This document shows, piece after piece, positions 22,065 to 36,254 of a DNA stretch of 64,000 bases. Under the pieces are notes generated by a model. The model saw only the letters and a program-made list of their open reading frames with translations. It ran no database searches and was not told where the DNA came from. Source of the DNA: Nemertoderma westbladi (taxonomy: Eukaryota > Animalia > Xenacoelomorpha); assembly GCA_032718475.1 (NCBI GenBank), contig JAUCBJ010004314.1, forward strand, positions 38,586-102,585, read 5' to 3'. The stretch's first letter is position 1. Each line of letters opens with the position of its first letter. The position numbers and the translations under genes were made by a program.

Positions 22065-25000
22065 CTTTAATTTGAATTTTTTTTTATTTCCTACTTTAAT
22101 TTGAAACTTTTTTATTTCCTACTTTAATTTGAATCTTTTTTTATTTCCTACTTGAAGTTGAATCTTTTTTATTTCCTATTTTAATTTTAATTTTTTTTAT
22201 TTCCTATATTAATTTGAATTTTTCTTCTTTCCTACTTTAATTTGAATATTTTTTTATTTCCTATTTTAATTTGAATTTTTTTATTTCCTATTTTAATTTG
22301 AATTTTTTTTATTTCCTACTTTAATTTGAATCTTTTTTTTATTTACTATTTTAATTTGAATCTTTTTTATTTCCTACTTTAATTTGAATCTTTTTTATTT
22401 CCTATTTTAATTGAATCTTTTTTATTTCCTATATTAATTTGAATTTTTCTTATTTCCTACTTTAATTTGAATCTTTTTTTTATTTCCTATTTTAATTTGA
22501 ATCTTTTTTATTTCCTACTTTAATTTGAATCTTTTTTATTTCCTATTTTAATTTGAATCTTTTTTATTTCCTATTTTAATTTGAATCTTTTTTATTTCCT
22601 ACTTTAAGTTGAATCTTTTTTATTTCCTATTTTAATTTGAATCTCTTTTATTTCCTATTTTAATTTGAATCTTTTTTTATATTTCCTACTTTAATTTGAA
22701 TCTTTTTTATTTCCTATTTTAATTTGAATTGTTTTTATTTCTTACTTTAATTTGAATCTTTTTATATTTCCTATTTTAATTTGATTATTTTTTTATTTCC
22801 TACTTTAATTTGAACCTTTTTTTATTTCTTACTTTAATTTGAATCTTTTTTATTTCCTATTTTAATTTGAATTTTTTTTTATTTCCTACTTTAATTTGAA
22901 TCTTTTTTATTTCCTATTTTAATTTGAATTTTTTTTTATTTCCAACTTTAATTTGAATCTTTTTTATTTCCTTTTTTAATTTGAATTTTTCTTATTTCCT
23001 ACTTTAATTTGAATCTTTTTTTTATTTCCTATTTTAATTTGAATCTTTTTTATTTCCTACTTTAATTTGAATCTTTTTTATTTCCTATTTTAATTTGAAT
23101 CTTTTTTATTTCCTATTTTAATTTGAATCTTTTTTATTTCCTACTTTAAGTTGAATCTTTTTTATTTCCTATTTTAATTTGAATCTCTTTTATTTCCTAT
23201 TTTAATTTGAATCTTTTTTTATATTTCCTACTTTAATTTGAATCTTTTTTATTTCCTATTTTAATTTGAATTGTTTTTATTTCTTACTTTAATTTGAATC
23301 TTTTTATATTTCCTATTTTAATTTGATTATTTTTTTATTTCCTACTTTAATTTGAACCTTTTTTTATTTCTTACTTTAATTTGAATCTTTTTTATTTCCT
23401 ATTTTAATTTGAATTTTTTTTTATTTCCTACTTTAATTTGAATCTTTTTTATTTCCTATTTTAATTTGAATTTTTTTTTATTTCCAACTTTAATTTGAAT
23501 CTTTTTTATTTCCTTTTTTAATTTGAATTTTTTTATTTCCTACTTTAATTTGAATCTTTTTATATTTCCTACTTTAATTTGAATCTTTTTTATTTCCTAT
23601 TTTAATTTGAATCTTTTTTTTATTTCCTACTTTAAGTTGAATCTTTTTTATTTCCTATTTTAATTTTCATTTTTAATTTTTTTTATTTCCTACTTTAATT
23701 TGAATCTTTTTTATTTCCTATTTTAATTTGAATTTTTTTTTATTTCCTACTTTAATTTGAATCTTTTTATATTTCCGACTTTAATTTGAATCTTTTTTAT
23801 TTCCTATTTTAATTTTAATTTTTTTTTATTTCCTACTTTAATTTGAATCTTTTTTTTATTTCCTACGTTATGTTGAATCTTTTTTATTTCCTATTTTAAT
23901 TTGAATCTTTTTTTATTTTATACTTAAATTTGATTCTTTTTTTATTTCCTACTTTAATTTGAATCTTTTTTTATTTCCTACTTTAATTTGAATCTTTTTA
24001 TATTTCCGACTTTAAGTTGAATATTTTTTATTTCCTACTTTAATTTGAATCTTTTTATATTTCCTACTTTAATTTGAATCTTTTTTATTTCCTATTTTAA
24101 TTTGAATCTTTTTTTATTTCCTACTTTAAGTTGAATCTTTTTTATTTCCTATTTTAATTTTCATTTTTAATTTTTTTTATTTCCTACTTTAATTTGAATC
24201 TTTTTTATTTCCTATTTTAATTTGAATTTTTTTTTATTTCCTACTTTAATTTGAATCTTTTTATATTTCCGACTTTAATTTGAATCTTTTTTATTTCCTA
24301 TTTTAATTTGAATTTTTTTTTATTTCCTACTTTAATTTGAATCTTTTTTTTATTTCCTACGTTATGTTGAATCTTTTTTATTTCCTATTTTAATTTGAAT
24401 CTTTTTTTATTTTATACTTAAATTTGATTCTTTTTTTATTTCCTACTTTAATTTGAATCTTTTTTTATTTCCTACTTTAAGTTGAATATTTTTTATTTCC
24501 TACTTTAATTTGAATCTTTTTATATTTCCTACTTTAATTTGAATCTTTTTTATTTCCTATTTTAATTTGAATCTTTTTTTATTTCCTACTTTAAGTTGAA
24601 TCTTTTTTATTTCCTATTTTAATTTTCATTTTTAATTTTTTTTATTTCCTACTTTAATTTGAATCTTTTTTATTTCCTATTTTAATTTGAATTTTTTTTT
24701 ATTTCCTACTTTAATTTGAATCTTTTTATATTTCCGACTTTAATTTGAATCTTTTTTATTTCCTATTTTAATTTGAATTTTTTTTTATTTCCTACTTTAA
24801 TTTGAATCTTTTTTTTATTTCCTACGTTATGTTGAATCTTTTTTATTTCCTATTTTAATTTGAATCTTTTTATATTTCCGACTTTAATTTGAATCTTTTT
24901 TATTTCCTATTTTAATTTGAATTTTTTTTTATTTCCTACTTTAATTTGAATCTTTTTTTTATTTCCTACGTTATGTTGAATCTTTTTTATTTCCTATTTT

Positions 25001-28000
25001 AATTTGAATCTTTTTTATTTCCTACTTTAATTTGAATCTTTTTATATTTCCTACTTTAATTTGAATCTTTTTTATTTCCTATTTTAATTTGAATCTTTTT
25101 TTATTTCCTACTTTAAGTTGAATCTTTTTTATTTCCTATTTTAATTTTCATTTTTAATTTTTTTTATTTCCTACTTTAATTTGAATCTTTTTTATTTCCT
25201 ATTTTAATTTGAATTTTTTTTTATTTCCTACTTTAATTTGAATCTTTTTATATTTCCGACTTTAATTTGAATCTTTTTTATTTCCTATTTTAATTTGAAT
25301 TTTTTTTTATTTCCTACTTTAATTTGAATCTTTTTTTATTTCCTACGTTATGTTGAATCTTTTTTATTTCCTATTTTAATTTGAATCTTTTTTTATTTTA
25401 TACTTAAATTTGATTCTTTTTTTATTTCCTACTTTAATTTGAATCTTTTTTTATTTCCTACTTTAAGTTGAATATTTTTTATTTCCTACTTTAATTTGAA
25501 TCTTTTTATATTTCCTACTTTAATTTGAATCTTTTTTATTTCCTATTTTAATTTGAATCTTTTTTTATTTCCTACTTTAAGTTGAATCTTTTTTATTTCC
25601 TATTTTAATTTTCATTTTTAATTTTTTTTATTTCCTACTTTAATTTGAATCTTTTTTATTTCCTATTTTAATTTGAATTTTTTTTTATTTCCTACTTTAA
25701 GTTGAATCTTTTTTTATTTTATACTTAAATTTGATTCTTTTTTTATTTCCTACTTTAATTTGAATCTTTTTTTATTTCCTACTTTAAGTTGAATATTTTT
25801 TATTTCCTACTTTAATTTGAATCTTTTTATATTTCCTACTTTAATTTGAATCTTTTTTATTTCCTATTTTAATTTGAATCTTTTTTCATTTCCTACTTTA
25901 ATTTGAATCTTTTTTATTTCCTACTTTAATTTGAATCTTTTTTTATTTCCTATTTTAATTTGAATCTTTTTTATTTCCTATTTTAATTTGAATCTTTTTT
26001 ATTTCCTACTTTAATTTGAATCTTTTTTATTTCCTATTTTAATTTGAATCTTTTTTATTTCCTACTTTAATTTGAATCTTTTTTATTTCCTACTTTAATT
26101 TGAATCTTTTTTTATTTCCTATTTTAATTTGAATCTTTTTTATTTCCTATTTTAATTTGAATTTTTTTTATTTCCTACTTTAATTTGAATCTTTTTTTAT
26201 TTCCTATTTTAATTTGAATCTTTTTTATTTCCTACTTTAATTTGAATCTTTTTTTATTTCCTATTTTAATTTGAATCTTTTTTATTTCCTATTTTAATTT
26301 GAATCTTTTTTTATTTTATACTTAAATTTGATTCTTTTTTTATTTCCTACTTTAATTTGAATCTTTTTTTATTTCCTACTTTAAGTTGAATATTTTTTAT
26401 TTCCTACTTTAATTTGAATCTTTTTATATTTCCTACTTTAATTTGAATCTTTTTTATTTCCTATTTTAATTTGAATCTTTTTTTATTTCCTACTTTAAGT
26501 TGAATCTTTTTTATTTCCTATTTTAATTTTCATTTTTAATTTTTTTTATTTCCTACTTTAATTTGAATCTTTTTTATTTCCTATTTTAATTTGAATTTTT
26601 TTTTATTTCCTACTTTAATTTGAATCTTTTTATATTTCCGACTTTAATTTGAATCTTTTTTATTTCCTATTTTAATTTGAATTTTTTTTTATTTCCTACT
26701 TTAATTTGAATCTTTTTTTTATTTCCTACGTTATGTTGAATCTTTTTTATTTCCTATTTTAATTTGAATCTTTTTATATTTCCGACTTTAATTTGAATCT
26801 TTTTTATTTCCTATTTTAATTTGAATTTTTTTTTATTTCCTACTTTAATTTGAATCTTTTTTTTATTTCCTACGTTATGTTGAATCTTTTTTATTTCCTA
26901 TTTTAATTTGAATCTTTTTTATTTCCTACTTTAATTTGAATCTTTTTATATTTCCTACTTTAATTTGAATCTTTTTTATTTCCTATTTTAATTTGAATCT
27001 TTTTTTATTTCCTACTTTAAGTTGAATCTTTTTTATTTCCTATTTTAATTTTCATTTTTAATTTTTTTTATTTCCTACTTTAATTTGAATCTTTTTTATT
27101 TCCTATTTTAATTTGAATTTTTTTTTATTTCCTACTTTAATTTGAATCTTTTTATATTTCCGACTTTAATTTGAATCTTTTTTATTTCCTATTTTAATTT
27201 GAATTTTTTTTTATTTCCTACTTTAATTTGAATCTTTTTTTTATTTCCTACGTTATGTTGAATCTTTTTTATTTCCTATTTTAATTTGAATCTTTTTTTA
27301 TTTTATACTTAAATTTGATTCTTTTTTTATTTCCTACTTTAATTTGAATCTTTTTTTATTTCCTACTTTAAGTTGAATATTTTTTATTTCCTACTTTAAT
27401 TTGAATCTTTTTATATTTCCTACTTTAATTTGAATCTTTTTTATTTCCTATTTTAATTTGAATCTTTTTTTATTTCCTACTTTAAGTTGAATCTTTTTTA
27501 TTTCCTATTTTAATTTTCATTTTTAATTTTTTTTATTTCCTACTTTAATTTGAATCTTTTTTATTTCCTATTTTAATTTGAATTTTTTTTTATTTCCTAC
27601 TTTAAGTTGAATCTTTTTTATTTCCTATTTTAATTTTCATTTTTAATTTTTTTTATTTCCTACTTTAATTTGAATCTTTTTTATTTCCTATTTTAATTTG
27701 AATCTTTTTTTATTTTATACTTAAATTTGATTCTTTTTTTATTTCCTACTTTAATTTGAATCTTTTTTTATTTCCTACTTTAAGTTGAATATTTTTTATT
27801 TCCTACTTTAATTTGAATCTTTTTATATTTCCTACTTTAATTTGAATCTTTTTTATTTCCTATTTTAATTTGAATCTTTTTTTATTTCCTACTTTAATTT
27901 GAATCTTTTTTATTTCCTACTTTAATTTGAATCTTTTTTTATTTCCTATTTTAATTTGAATCTTTTTTATTTCCTATTTTAATTTGAATCTTTTTTATTT

Positions 28001-29295
28001 CCTACTTTAATTTGAATCTTTTTTATTTCCTATTTTAATTTGAATCTTTTTTATTTCCTACTTTAATTTGAATCTTTTTTATTTCCTACTTTAATTTGAA
28101 TCTTTTTTTATTTCCTATTTTAATTTGAATCTTTTTTATTTCCTATTTTAATTTGAATCTTTTTTATTTCCTACTTTAATTTGAATCTTTTTTTATTTCC
28201 TATTTTAATTTGAATCTTTTTTATTTCCTACTTTAATTTGAATCTTTTTTTATTTCCTATTTTAATTTGAATTTTTTTTATTTCCTATTTTAATTTGAAT
28301 CTTTTTTATTTCCTACTTTAATTTGAATCTTTTTTATTTCCTATTTTAATTTGAATCTTTTTTATTTCCTACTTTAATTTGAATCTTTTTTATTTCCTAC
28401 TTTAATTTGAATTTTTTTTATTTCCTACTTTAATTTGAATCTTTTTTATTTCCTACTTTAATTTGAATCTTTTTTATTTCCTATTTTAATTTGAATCTTT
28501 TTTATTTCCTACTTTAATTTGAATTTTTTTTTATTTCCTATTTTAATTTGAATCTTTTTTATTTCCTACTTTAATTTGAATCTTTTTTATTTCCTATTTT
28601 AATTTGAATTTTTTTTATTTCCTACTTTAATTTGAATCTTTTTTATTTCCTATTTTAATTTTAATCTTTTTTATTTCCTACTTTAATTTGAATCTTTTTT
28701 ATTTCCTACTTTAATTTGAATCTTTTTTATTTCCTACTTTAATTTGAATTTTTTTTTATTTCCTATTTTAATTTGAATCTTTTTTATTTCCTACTTTAAT
28801 TTGAATCTTTTTTATTTCCTACTTTAATTTGAATCTTTTTTATTTCCTACTTTAATTTGAATTTTTTTTTATTTCCTATTTTAATTTGAATCTTTTTTAT
28901 TTCCTACTTTAATTTGAATCTTTTTTATTTCCTATTTTAATTTGAATTTTTTTTATTTCCTACTTTAATTTGAATCTTTTTTATTTCCTATTTTAATTTG
29001 AATCTTTTTTATTTCCTACTTTAATTTGAATCTTTTTTATTTCCTATTTTAATTTGAATCTTTTTTATTTCCTACTTTAATTTGAATCTTTTTTATTTCC
29101 TATTTTAATTTGAATCTTTTTTATTTCCTACTTTAATTTGAATCTTTTTTTATTTCCTATTTTAATTTGAATCTTTTTTATTTCCTACTTTAATTTGAAT
29201 TTTTTTTATTTCCTACTTTAATATGAATTTTTTTTTATTTCCTACTTTAATTTGAATTTTTTTTATTTCCTACTTTAATTTGAATCTTTTTTTTA
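22065..29295. repeat. AT-rich ~28-30-bp satellite (TTAATTTGAATCTTTTTTATTTCCTAC/TT), ~250 copies, in EPDR intron 2
   Basis: Direct periodicity with T-run length variants; block duplications (e.g. atctctttta variant at ~22641 and ~23183). Confidence 0.97.
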
Positions 29296-29537
29296 ATATC
29301 CGGATTTTTATATCTGACTATAAATTTTAACTGGGTTGCCCGATGTACCTACTTTCTTTATTATTATAAAATTGATCTAAATTATTGTACAGTACAGTAT
29401 ATTATATCCTGCCCAGTCTCTTGTTCGCTTGAGTTTATTCTTTATTAATTAGCCATAATTTAATTTTTAAGCCATATACCGCGGAATAGGTTTAGTTCTC
29501 TTTGTACAATAATGTACAATATTTATTTTTTTTATAG

Positions 29538-29708
29538 CAAAGGCCGTTCATCAAGGTTCGTATTACTACGGGTCAATGAATAAACTACATTTCAATATTT
29601 GGAGTTTTGATTTGACTGTGGGTGGAGTAAAATATAACACTCAGATGTCTTTAGCTGAAGATAACTGCAGCCTTGTTTCCGAGGTCTTACATTTCGACAC
29701 TCCAGAAG
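29538..29708 (+). CDS. EPDR: Ependymin-related protein, exon 3
   Basis: ttttatag acceptor; (A)KAVHQGSYYYGSMNKLHFNIWSFDLTVGGVKYNTQMSLAEDNCSLVSEVLHFDTPE; G|gtactg donor; phases 1/1 match the neighbouring exons. Confidence 0.88.
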
Positions 29709-29877
29709 GTACTGTAAATAGTATTAATTATCATTATACTTTAATTTCTTTTTATATTTTCAGTATAATAGTAGTACAATTACAGAACAAACTAACTTAA
29801 GGTCAATTCTATAATACGATCAAACTAACTTAAGGTCAATTCTATAATACGATTTACTTCCAGACATGCTGTATAAG

Positions 29878-32670
29878 AATCTAGCACTTTATAGGATTAC
29901 ATATAATCTAGCACTTTATAGGATTATTTTTAATCTAACACTTTATAGGATTATATATAATCTAACACTTTATAGGATTATATAATCTAACACTTTATAG
30001 GATTATGTAGTTTAGCTCTTTATAGGATTATATCATCTAGCACTTTATAGGATTATATATAATCTAACACTTTATAGGATTATATAATCTAACACTTTAT
30101 AGGATTATATCATCTAGCACTTTATAGAATTATGTAGTTTAGCTCTTTATAGGATTATATAATCTAACACTTTATATGATTATGTAGTCTAGCATTTTAT
30201 AGGATTATGCAGTCTAGCTCTTTATAGGATTATATAATCTAGCACTTTATATGATTATGTAGTCTAGCATTTTATAGGATTATATCATCTAGCACTTTAC
30301 AGGATTATATCATCTAGCACTTTATAGAATTAATCTAGCACTTTATAGGATTATGTAGTTTAGCTCTTTATAGGATTATATAATCTAACACTTTATAGGA
30401 TTATATAATCTAACACTTTATAGGATTATATCATCTGGCACTTTATAGGATTATATCATCTAGCACTTTATAGGATTATATCATCTAGCACTTTATAGAA
30501 TTAATCTAGCACTTTATAGGATTATGTAGTTTAGCTCTTTATAGGATTATATAATCTAACACTTTATAGGATTATATCATCTGGCACTTTATAGGATTAT
30601 ATCATCTAGCACTTTATAGGATTATATCATCTAGCACTTTATAGGATTATGTAGTCTAGCATTTTATAGGATTATATCATCTAGCACTTTACAGGATTAT
30701 ATCATCTAGCACTTTATAGGATTATATAATCTAACACTTTATAGTATTATATCATCTGGCACTTTATAGGATTATATCATCTAGCACTTTATAGGATTAT
30801 ATCATCTAGCACTTTATAGAATTAATCTAGCACTTTATAGGATTATGTAGTTTAGCTCTTTATAGGATTATATAATCTAACACTTTATAGGATTATATCA
30901 TCTGGCACTTTATAGGATTATATCATCTAGCACTTTATAGGATTATATCATCTAGCACTTTACAGGATTATGTAGTCTAGCATTTTATAGGATTATATCA
31001 TCTAGCACTTTATAGAATTAATCTTGCACTTTATAGGATTATGTAGTCTAGCACTTTATAGGATTATGTAGTTTAGCTCTTTATAGGATTATATAATCTA
31101 ACACTTTATAGGATTATGTAGTTTAGCTCTTTATAGGATTATATAATCTAACACTTTATAGGATTATATAATCTAACACTTTATAGGATTATATAATCTA
31201 ACACTTTATAGGATTATATCATCTAGCACTTTATAGGATTATATCATCTAGCACTTTATAGAATTAATCTAGCACTTTATAGGATTATGTAGTTTAGCTC
31301 TTTATAGGATTATGTAGTTTAGCTCTTTATAGGATTATATAATCTAACACTTTATAGGATTATGTAGTTTAGCTCTTTATAGGATTATATAATCTAACAC
31401 TTTATAGGATTATATCATCTAGCACTTTATAGGATTATATCATCTAGCACTTTATAGGATTATGTAGTCTAGCATTTTATAGGATTATATCATCTAGCAC
31501 TTTATAGAATTAATCTAGCACTTTATAGGATTATGTAGTTTAGCTCTTTATAGGATTATATAATCTAACACTTTATAGGATTATATAATCTAACACTTTA
31601 TAGGATTATATAATCTAACACTTTATAGGATTATATCATCTAGCACTTTATAGGATTATATCATCTAGCACTTTATAGAATTAATCTAGCACTTTATAGG
31701 ATTATGTAGTTTAGCTCTTTATAGGATTATATAATCTAACACTTTATAGGATTATATAATCTAACACTTTATAGGATTATGCAGTGTAGCTCTTTATAGG
31801 ATTATATAATCTAGCACTTTATAGGATTATATCATCTGGCACTTTATAGGATTATATCATCTAGCACTTTATAGGATTATATCATCTAGCACTTTATAGA
31901 ATTAATCTAGCACTTTATAGGATTATGTAGTTTAGCTCTTTATAGGATTATATAATCTAGGACTTTATAGGATTATGTAGTCTAGCTCTTTATAGGATTA
32001 ATCTAGCACTTTATAGGATTATTTTTAATCTAGCACTTTATAGGATTATATCATCTAGCTCTTTATAGAATTAATCTAGCACTTTATAGGATTATATAAT
32101 CTAACACTTTATAGGATTATATCATCTGGCACTTTATAGGATTATATCATCTAGCACTTTATAGGATTATATCATCTGGCACTTTATAGGATTATATCAT
32201 CTAGCACTTTATAGGATTATATCAGCTAGCACTTTATAGGATTATATCATCTAGCACTTTATAGGATTATATCATCTAACACTTTATAGGATTATATCAT
32301 CTGGCACTTTATAGGATTATATCATCTAGCACTTTATAGGATTATATCAGCTAGCACTTTATAGGATTATATCATCTAGCACTTTATAGGATTATATCAT
32401 CTAGCACTTTATAGAATTAATCTTGCACTTTATAGGATTATGTAGTTTAGCTCTTTATAGGATTATATAATCTAGCACTTTATAGGATTATATCATCTAG
32501 CACTTTATAGGATTATATCATCTAGCACTTTATAGGATTATATCATCTAGCACTTTATAGAATTAATCTTGCACTTTATAGGATTATGTAGTTTAGCTCT
32601 TTATAGGAGTATATCATCTAGAACTTTATAGTATTATATCATCAAGCACTTTATAGGATTATATTTAATC
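29878..32670. repeat. 25-bp minisatellite (TCTAGCACTTTATAGGATTATATCA) with shorter variants, ~110 copies, in EPDR intron 3
   Basis: Direct periodicity, e.g. cttta at 30441 and 30466. Confidence 0.96.
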
Positions 32671-33381
32671 TGCATATTATAAGATTATTTTAAAGGCCAT
32701 GAGGCTGGGGTAGATTTATATGAAAATCACAATTTCACATTTTGTGTTTGTTTCCAACCTATTTGACATTATATATTTGCCTCTTCCTTAACTTTTATCA
32801 GAAATACAAAATATCTGGGATTTTCAAAACTGGCATTGCCTTACCAAAAATTTGAAATTTTCAAGTGTCGTGAGGCTCGCTTAGAATTTTTCGAAATCAA
32901 CAATTATTTTTTGCAAAGTTAGTTAGATGACATTCATTTTAGTCATTCAAGTTAGTTAGACGTCATTGCCGACTTTGCAAAAGCTGTGCCCAACAAAAAG
33001 TAAAAAGATGGTGTAGGCCTACTGTTGTGGTTAGAAAAGACAGCATCTGTAACCTGCTTGCTTCTTTGCCTCAATTGGTAACAAGTTTTGGTTTGGTTAG
33101 TTAGTTCCAAGTCCAAAAGTTATACATTTTATACATCCTTCTCTACCTACAGAGTTCGATTTAATACTAAATGACGGTATAAGTCTCCAAATGTTTGACT
33201 CAATAACATGTTTTTTGCCCAATAATATATACCGTAAGTAAGTCCGCCTGTCGATCAAAATTAATAGTCAGCGATTTAAACTGATTAATTATTGCTTGGT
33301 TACTTTGATACACAGACCGAAAGCGACCTTTAATACTCATAAAGATTTACAGTATTGTTACAATTGAATTTTTAATTGTAG

Positions 33382-33503
33382 CAAAAGGATTCGCAACTGT
33401 CGGTTTACTCAACACAACGTTGTCTATCCGAGACCCCAGTGTGTTTGATATTCCGCCCCAATGCAAACATGGAGGAGTCGCGGTTGAATTCGATTCGAAT
33501 AAG
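33382..33503 (+). CDS. EPDR: Ependymin-related protein, exon 4
   Basis: ttgtag acceptor; (A)KGFATVGLLNTTLSIRDPSVFDIPPQCKHGGVAVEFDSNK contains the ependymin C-terminal N.T..I.DPSVF..P..C motif; AAG|gtgagt donor, phase 0. Confidence 0.92.
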
Positions 33504-33934
33504 GTGAGTAATTCGGGTTTGTGTTTAAATATTAATTAATTATAATCCCATTATTATGTCATCGAAAGTGCAGTTACTAAGTGCAGTTAGTAATTACGCG
33601 CAGCATTTCATATCTAAAGTTCTAGAGTAGGAATCGCACCGCATTTCACGCTGGTGTAAGGGAATACGAACGAGTAACGTGGAGTAGGCCCTTAAATATT
33701 AAATCAAGTCACTAAAGTGAAGAGTCTTTAATTTAAATGTTATATTTCGTTTTATTTTTAAGTTTATTTTTAAGTTAATCCCTACAAAATAAAGTGATGT
33801 TTTGATTTTGAAGTTAGTGGATAAATTTATTTAACAAAACTTTTAGTCAATTTTAGCGCGACTTGGGTAGAATAAGTCTTATCTGTTTTTATTCTATGCC
33901 ATCAAATTAAACTGTACATTATTAACATTGTTTG

Positions 33935-36254
33935 TGTATGTTTCAGACGTTAGAGGATGCTGGTTTCTTTATACATTTACTGTATGTTTCAGGCGTTAGA
34001 GGAGGCTGGTTTCTTTATACATTTACTGTATGTTTCAGGCGTTAGAGGAGGCTGGTTTCTTTATACATTTACTGTATGTTTCAGGCGTTAGAGGAGGCTG
34101 GTTTCTTTTATACATTTACTGTATGTTTCAGACGTTAGAGGATGCTGGTTTCTTTTATACATTTAATGTATGTTTCAGGCGTTAGAGGATGCTGGTTTCT
34201 TTATACATTTACTGTATGTTTCAGGCGTTAGAGGATGCTGGTTTCTTTATACATTTACTGTATGTTTCAGGCGTTAGAGGAGGCTGGTTTCTTTATACAT
34301 TTACTGTATGTTTCTGGCGTTAGAGGATGCTGGTTTCTTTATACATTTACTGTATGTTTCAGACGTTAGAGGATGCTGGTTTCTTTTATACATTTAATGT
34401 ATGTTTCAGGCGTTAGAGGATGCTGGTTTCTTTTATACATTTACTGTATGTTTCAGACGTTAGAGGATGCTGGTTTCTTTTATACATTTACTGTATGTTT
34501 TAGGCGTTAGATGATGCTGGTTTCTTTATACATTTACTGTATGTTTCAGGCGTTAGAGGATGCTGGTTTCTTTTATACATTTACTGTATGTTTCAGGCGT
34601 TAGAGGATGCTGGTTTCTTTTATACATTTACTGTATGTTTCAGGCGTTAGAGGATGTTGGTTTCTTTTATACATTTACTGTATGTTTCAGACGTTAGAGG
34701 ATGCTGGTTTCTTTATACATTTACTGTATGTTTCAGGCGTTAGAGGATGCTGGTTTCTTTTATACATTTACTGTATGTTTCTGGCGTTAGAGGATGCTGG
34801 TTTCTTTATACATTTAATGTATGTTTCAGGCGTTAGAGGATGCTGGTTTCTTTTATACATTTACTGTATGTTTCAGGCGTTAGAGGATGCTGGCTTCTTT
34901 TATACATTTACTGTATGTTTCAGGCGTTAGAGGATGCTGGTTTCTTTTATACATTTAATGTATGTTTCAGGCGTTAGAGGATGCTGGTTTCTTTTATATA
35001 CATTTACTGTATGTTTCAGGCGTTAGAGGAGGCTGGTTTCTTTATACATTTACTGTATGTTTCTGGCGTTAGAGGATGCTGGTTTCTTTATACATTTACT
35101 GTATGTTTCAGGCGTTAGAGGATGCTGGTTTCTTTTATACATTTACTGTATGTTTCAGGCGTTAGAGGATGCTGGCTTCTTTTATACATTTACTGTATGT
35201 TTCAGGCGTTAGAGGATGCTGGTTTCTTTTATACATTTAATGTATGTTTCAGGCGTTAGAGGATGCTGGTTTCTTTTATACATTTACTGTATGTTTCAGG
35301 CGTTAGAGGATGCTGGCTTCTTTTATACATTTACTGTATGTTTCAGGCGTTAGAGGATGCTGGTTTCTTTTATACATTTAATGTATGTTTCAGGCGTTAG
35401 AGGATGCTGGTTTCTTTTATACATTTACTGTATGTTTCAGGCGTTAGAGGAGGCTGGTTTCTTTATACATTTACTGTATGTTTCAGGCGTTAGAGGAGGC
35501 TGGTTTCTTTATACATTTACTGTATGTTTCAGGCGTTGGAGGATGCTGGTTTCTTTTATACATTTACTGTATGTTTCAGGCGTTAGAGGATGCTGGTTTC
35601 TTTTATACATTTAATGTATGTTTCAGGCGTTAGAGGATGCTGGTTTCTTTTATACATTTAATGTATGTTTCAGGCGTTAGAGGATGCTGGTTTCTTTTAT
35701 ACATTTACTGTATGTTTCAGGCGTTAGAGGAGGCTGGTTTCTTTATACATTTACTGTATGTTTCAGGCGTTGGAGGATGCTGGCTTCTTTTATACATTTA
35801 CTGTATGTTTCTGGCGTTAGAGGATGCTGGTTTCTTTATACATTTACTGTATGTTTCAGGCGTTAGAGGATGCTGGTTTCTTTTATACATTTACTGTATG
35901 TTTCAGGCGTTGGAGGATGCTGGCTTCTTTTATACATTTACTGTATGTTTCAGGCGTTAGAGGATGCTGGTTTCTTTTATACATTTAATGTATGTTTCAG
36001 GCGTTAGAGGATGCTGGTTTCTTTTATACATTTACTGTATGTTTCAGGCTTTAGAGGAGGCTGGTTTCTTTATACATTTACTGTATGTTTCAGGCGTTGG
36101 AGGATGCTGGTTTCTTTTATACATTTACTGTATGTTTCAGGCGTTAGAGGATGCTGGTTTCTTTTATACATTTACTGTATGTTTCAGAAGTTAGAGGATG
36201 CTGGTTTCTTTATACATTTACTGTATATTTCAGGCTTTGGAGGATGCTGGTTTC
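33935..36254. repeat. 46/47-bp minisatellite, ~50 copies, each containing a splice acceptor and the start of the last EPDR exon
   Basis: Unit ...TATACATTTACTGTATGTTTCAG|GCGTTAGAGGATGCTGGTTTCTT(T). Confidence 0.96.

Noticed and set aside
29788-29853. 33-bp direct duplication (CAAACTAACTTAAGGTCAATTCTATAATACGAT) after exon 3
   Set aside because: Simple two-copy slippage; no further structure.
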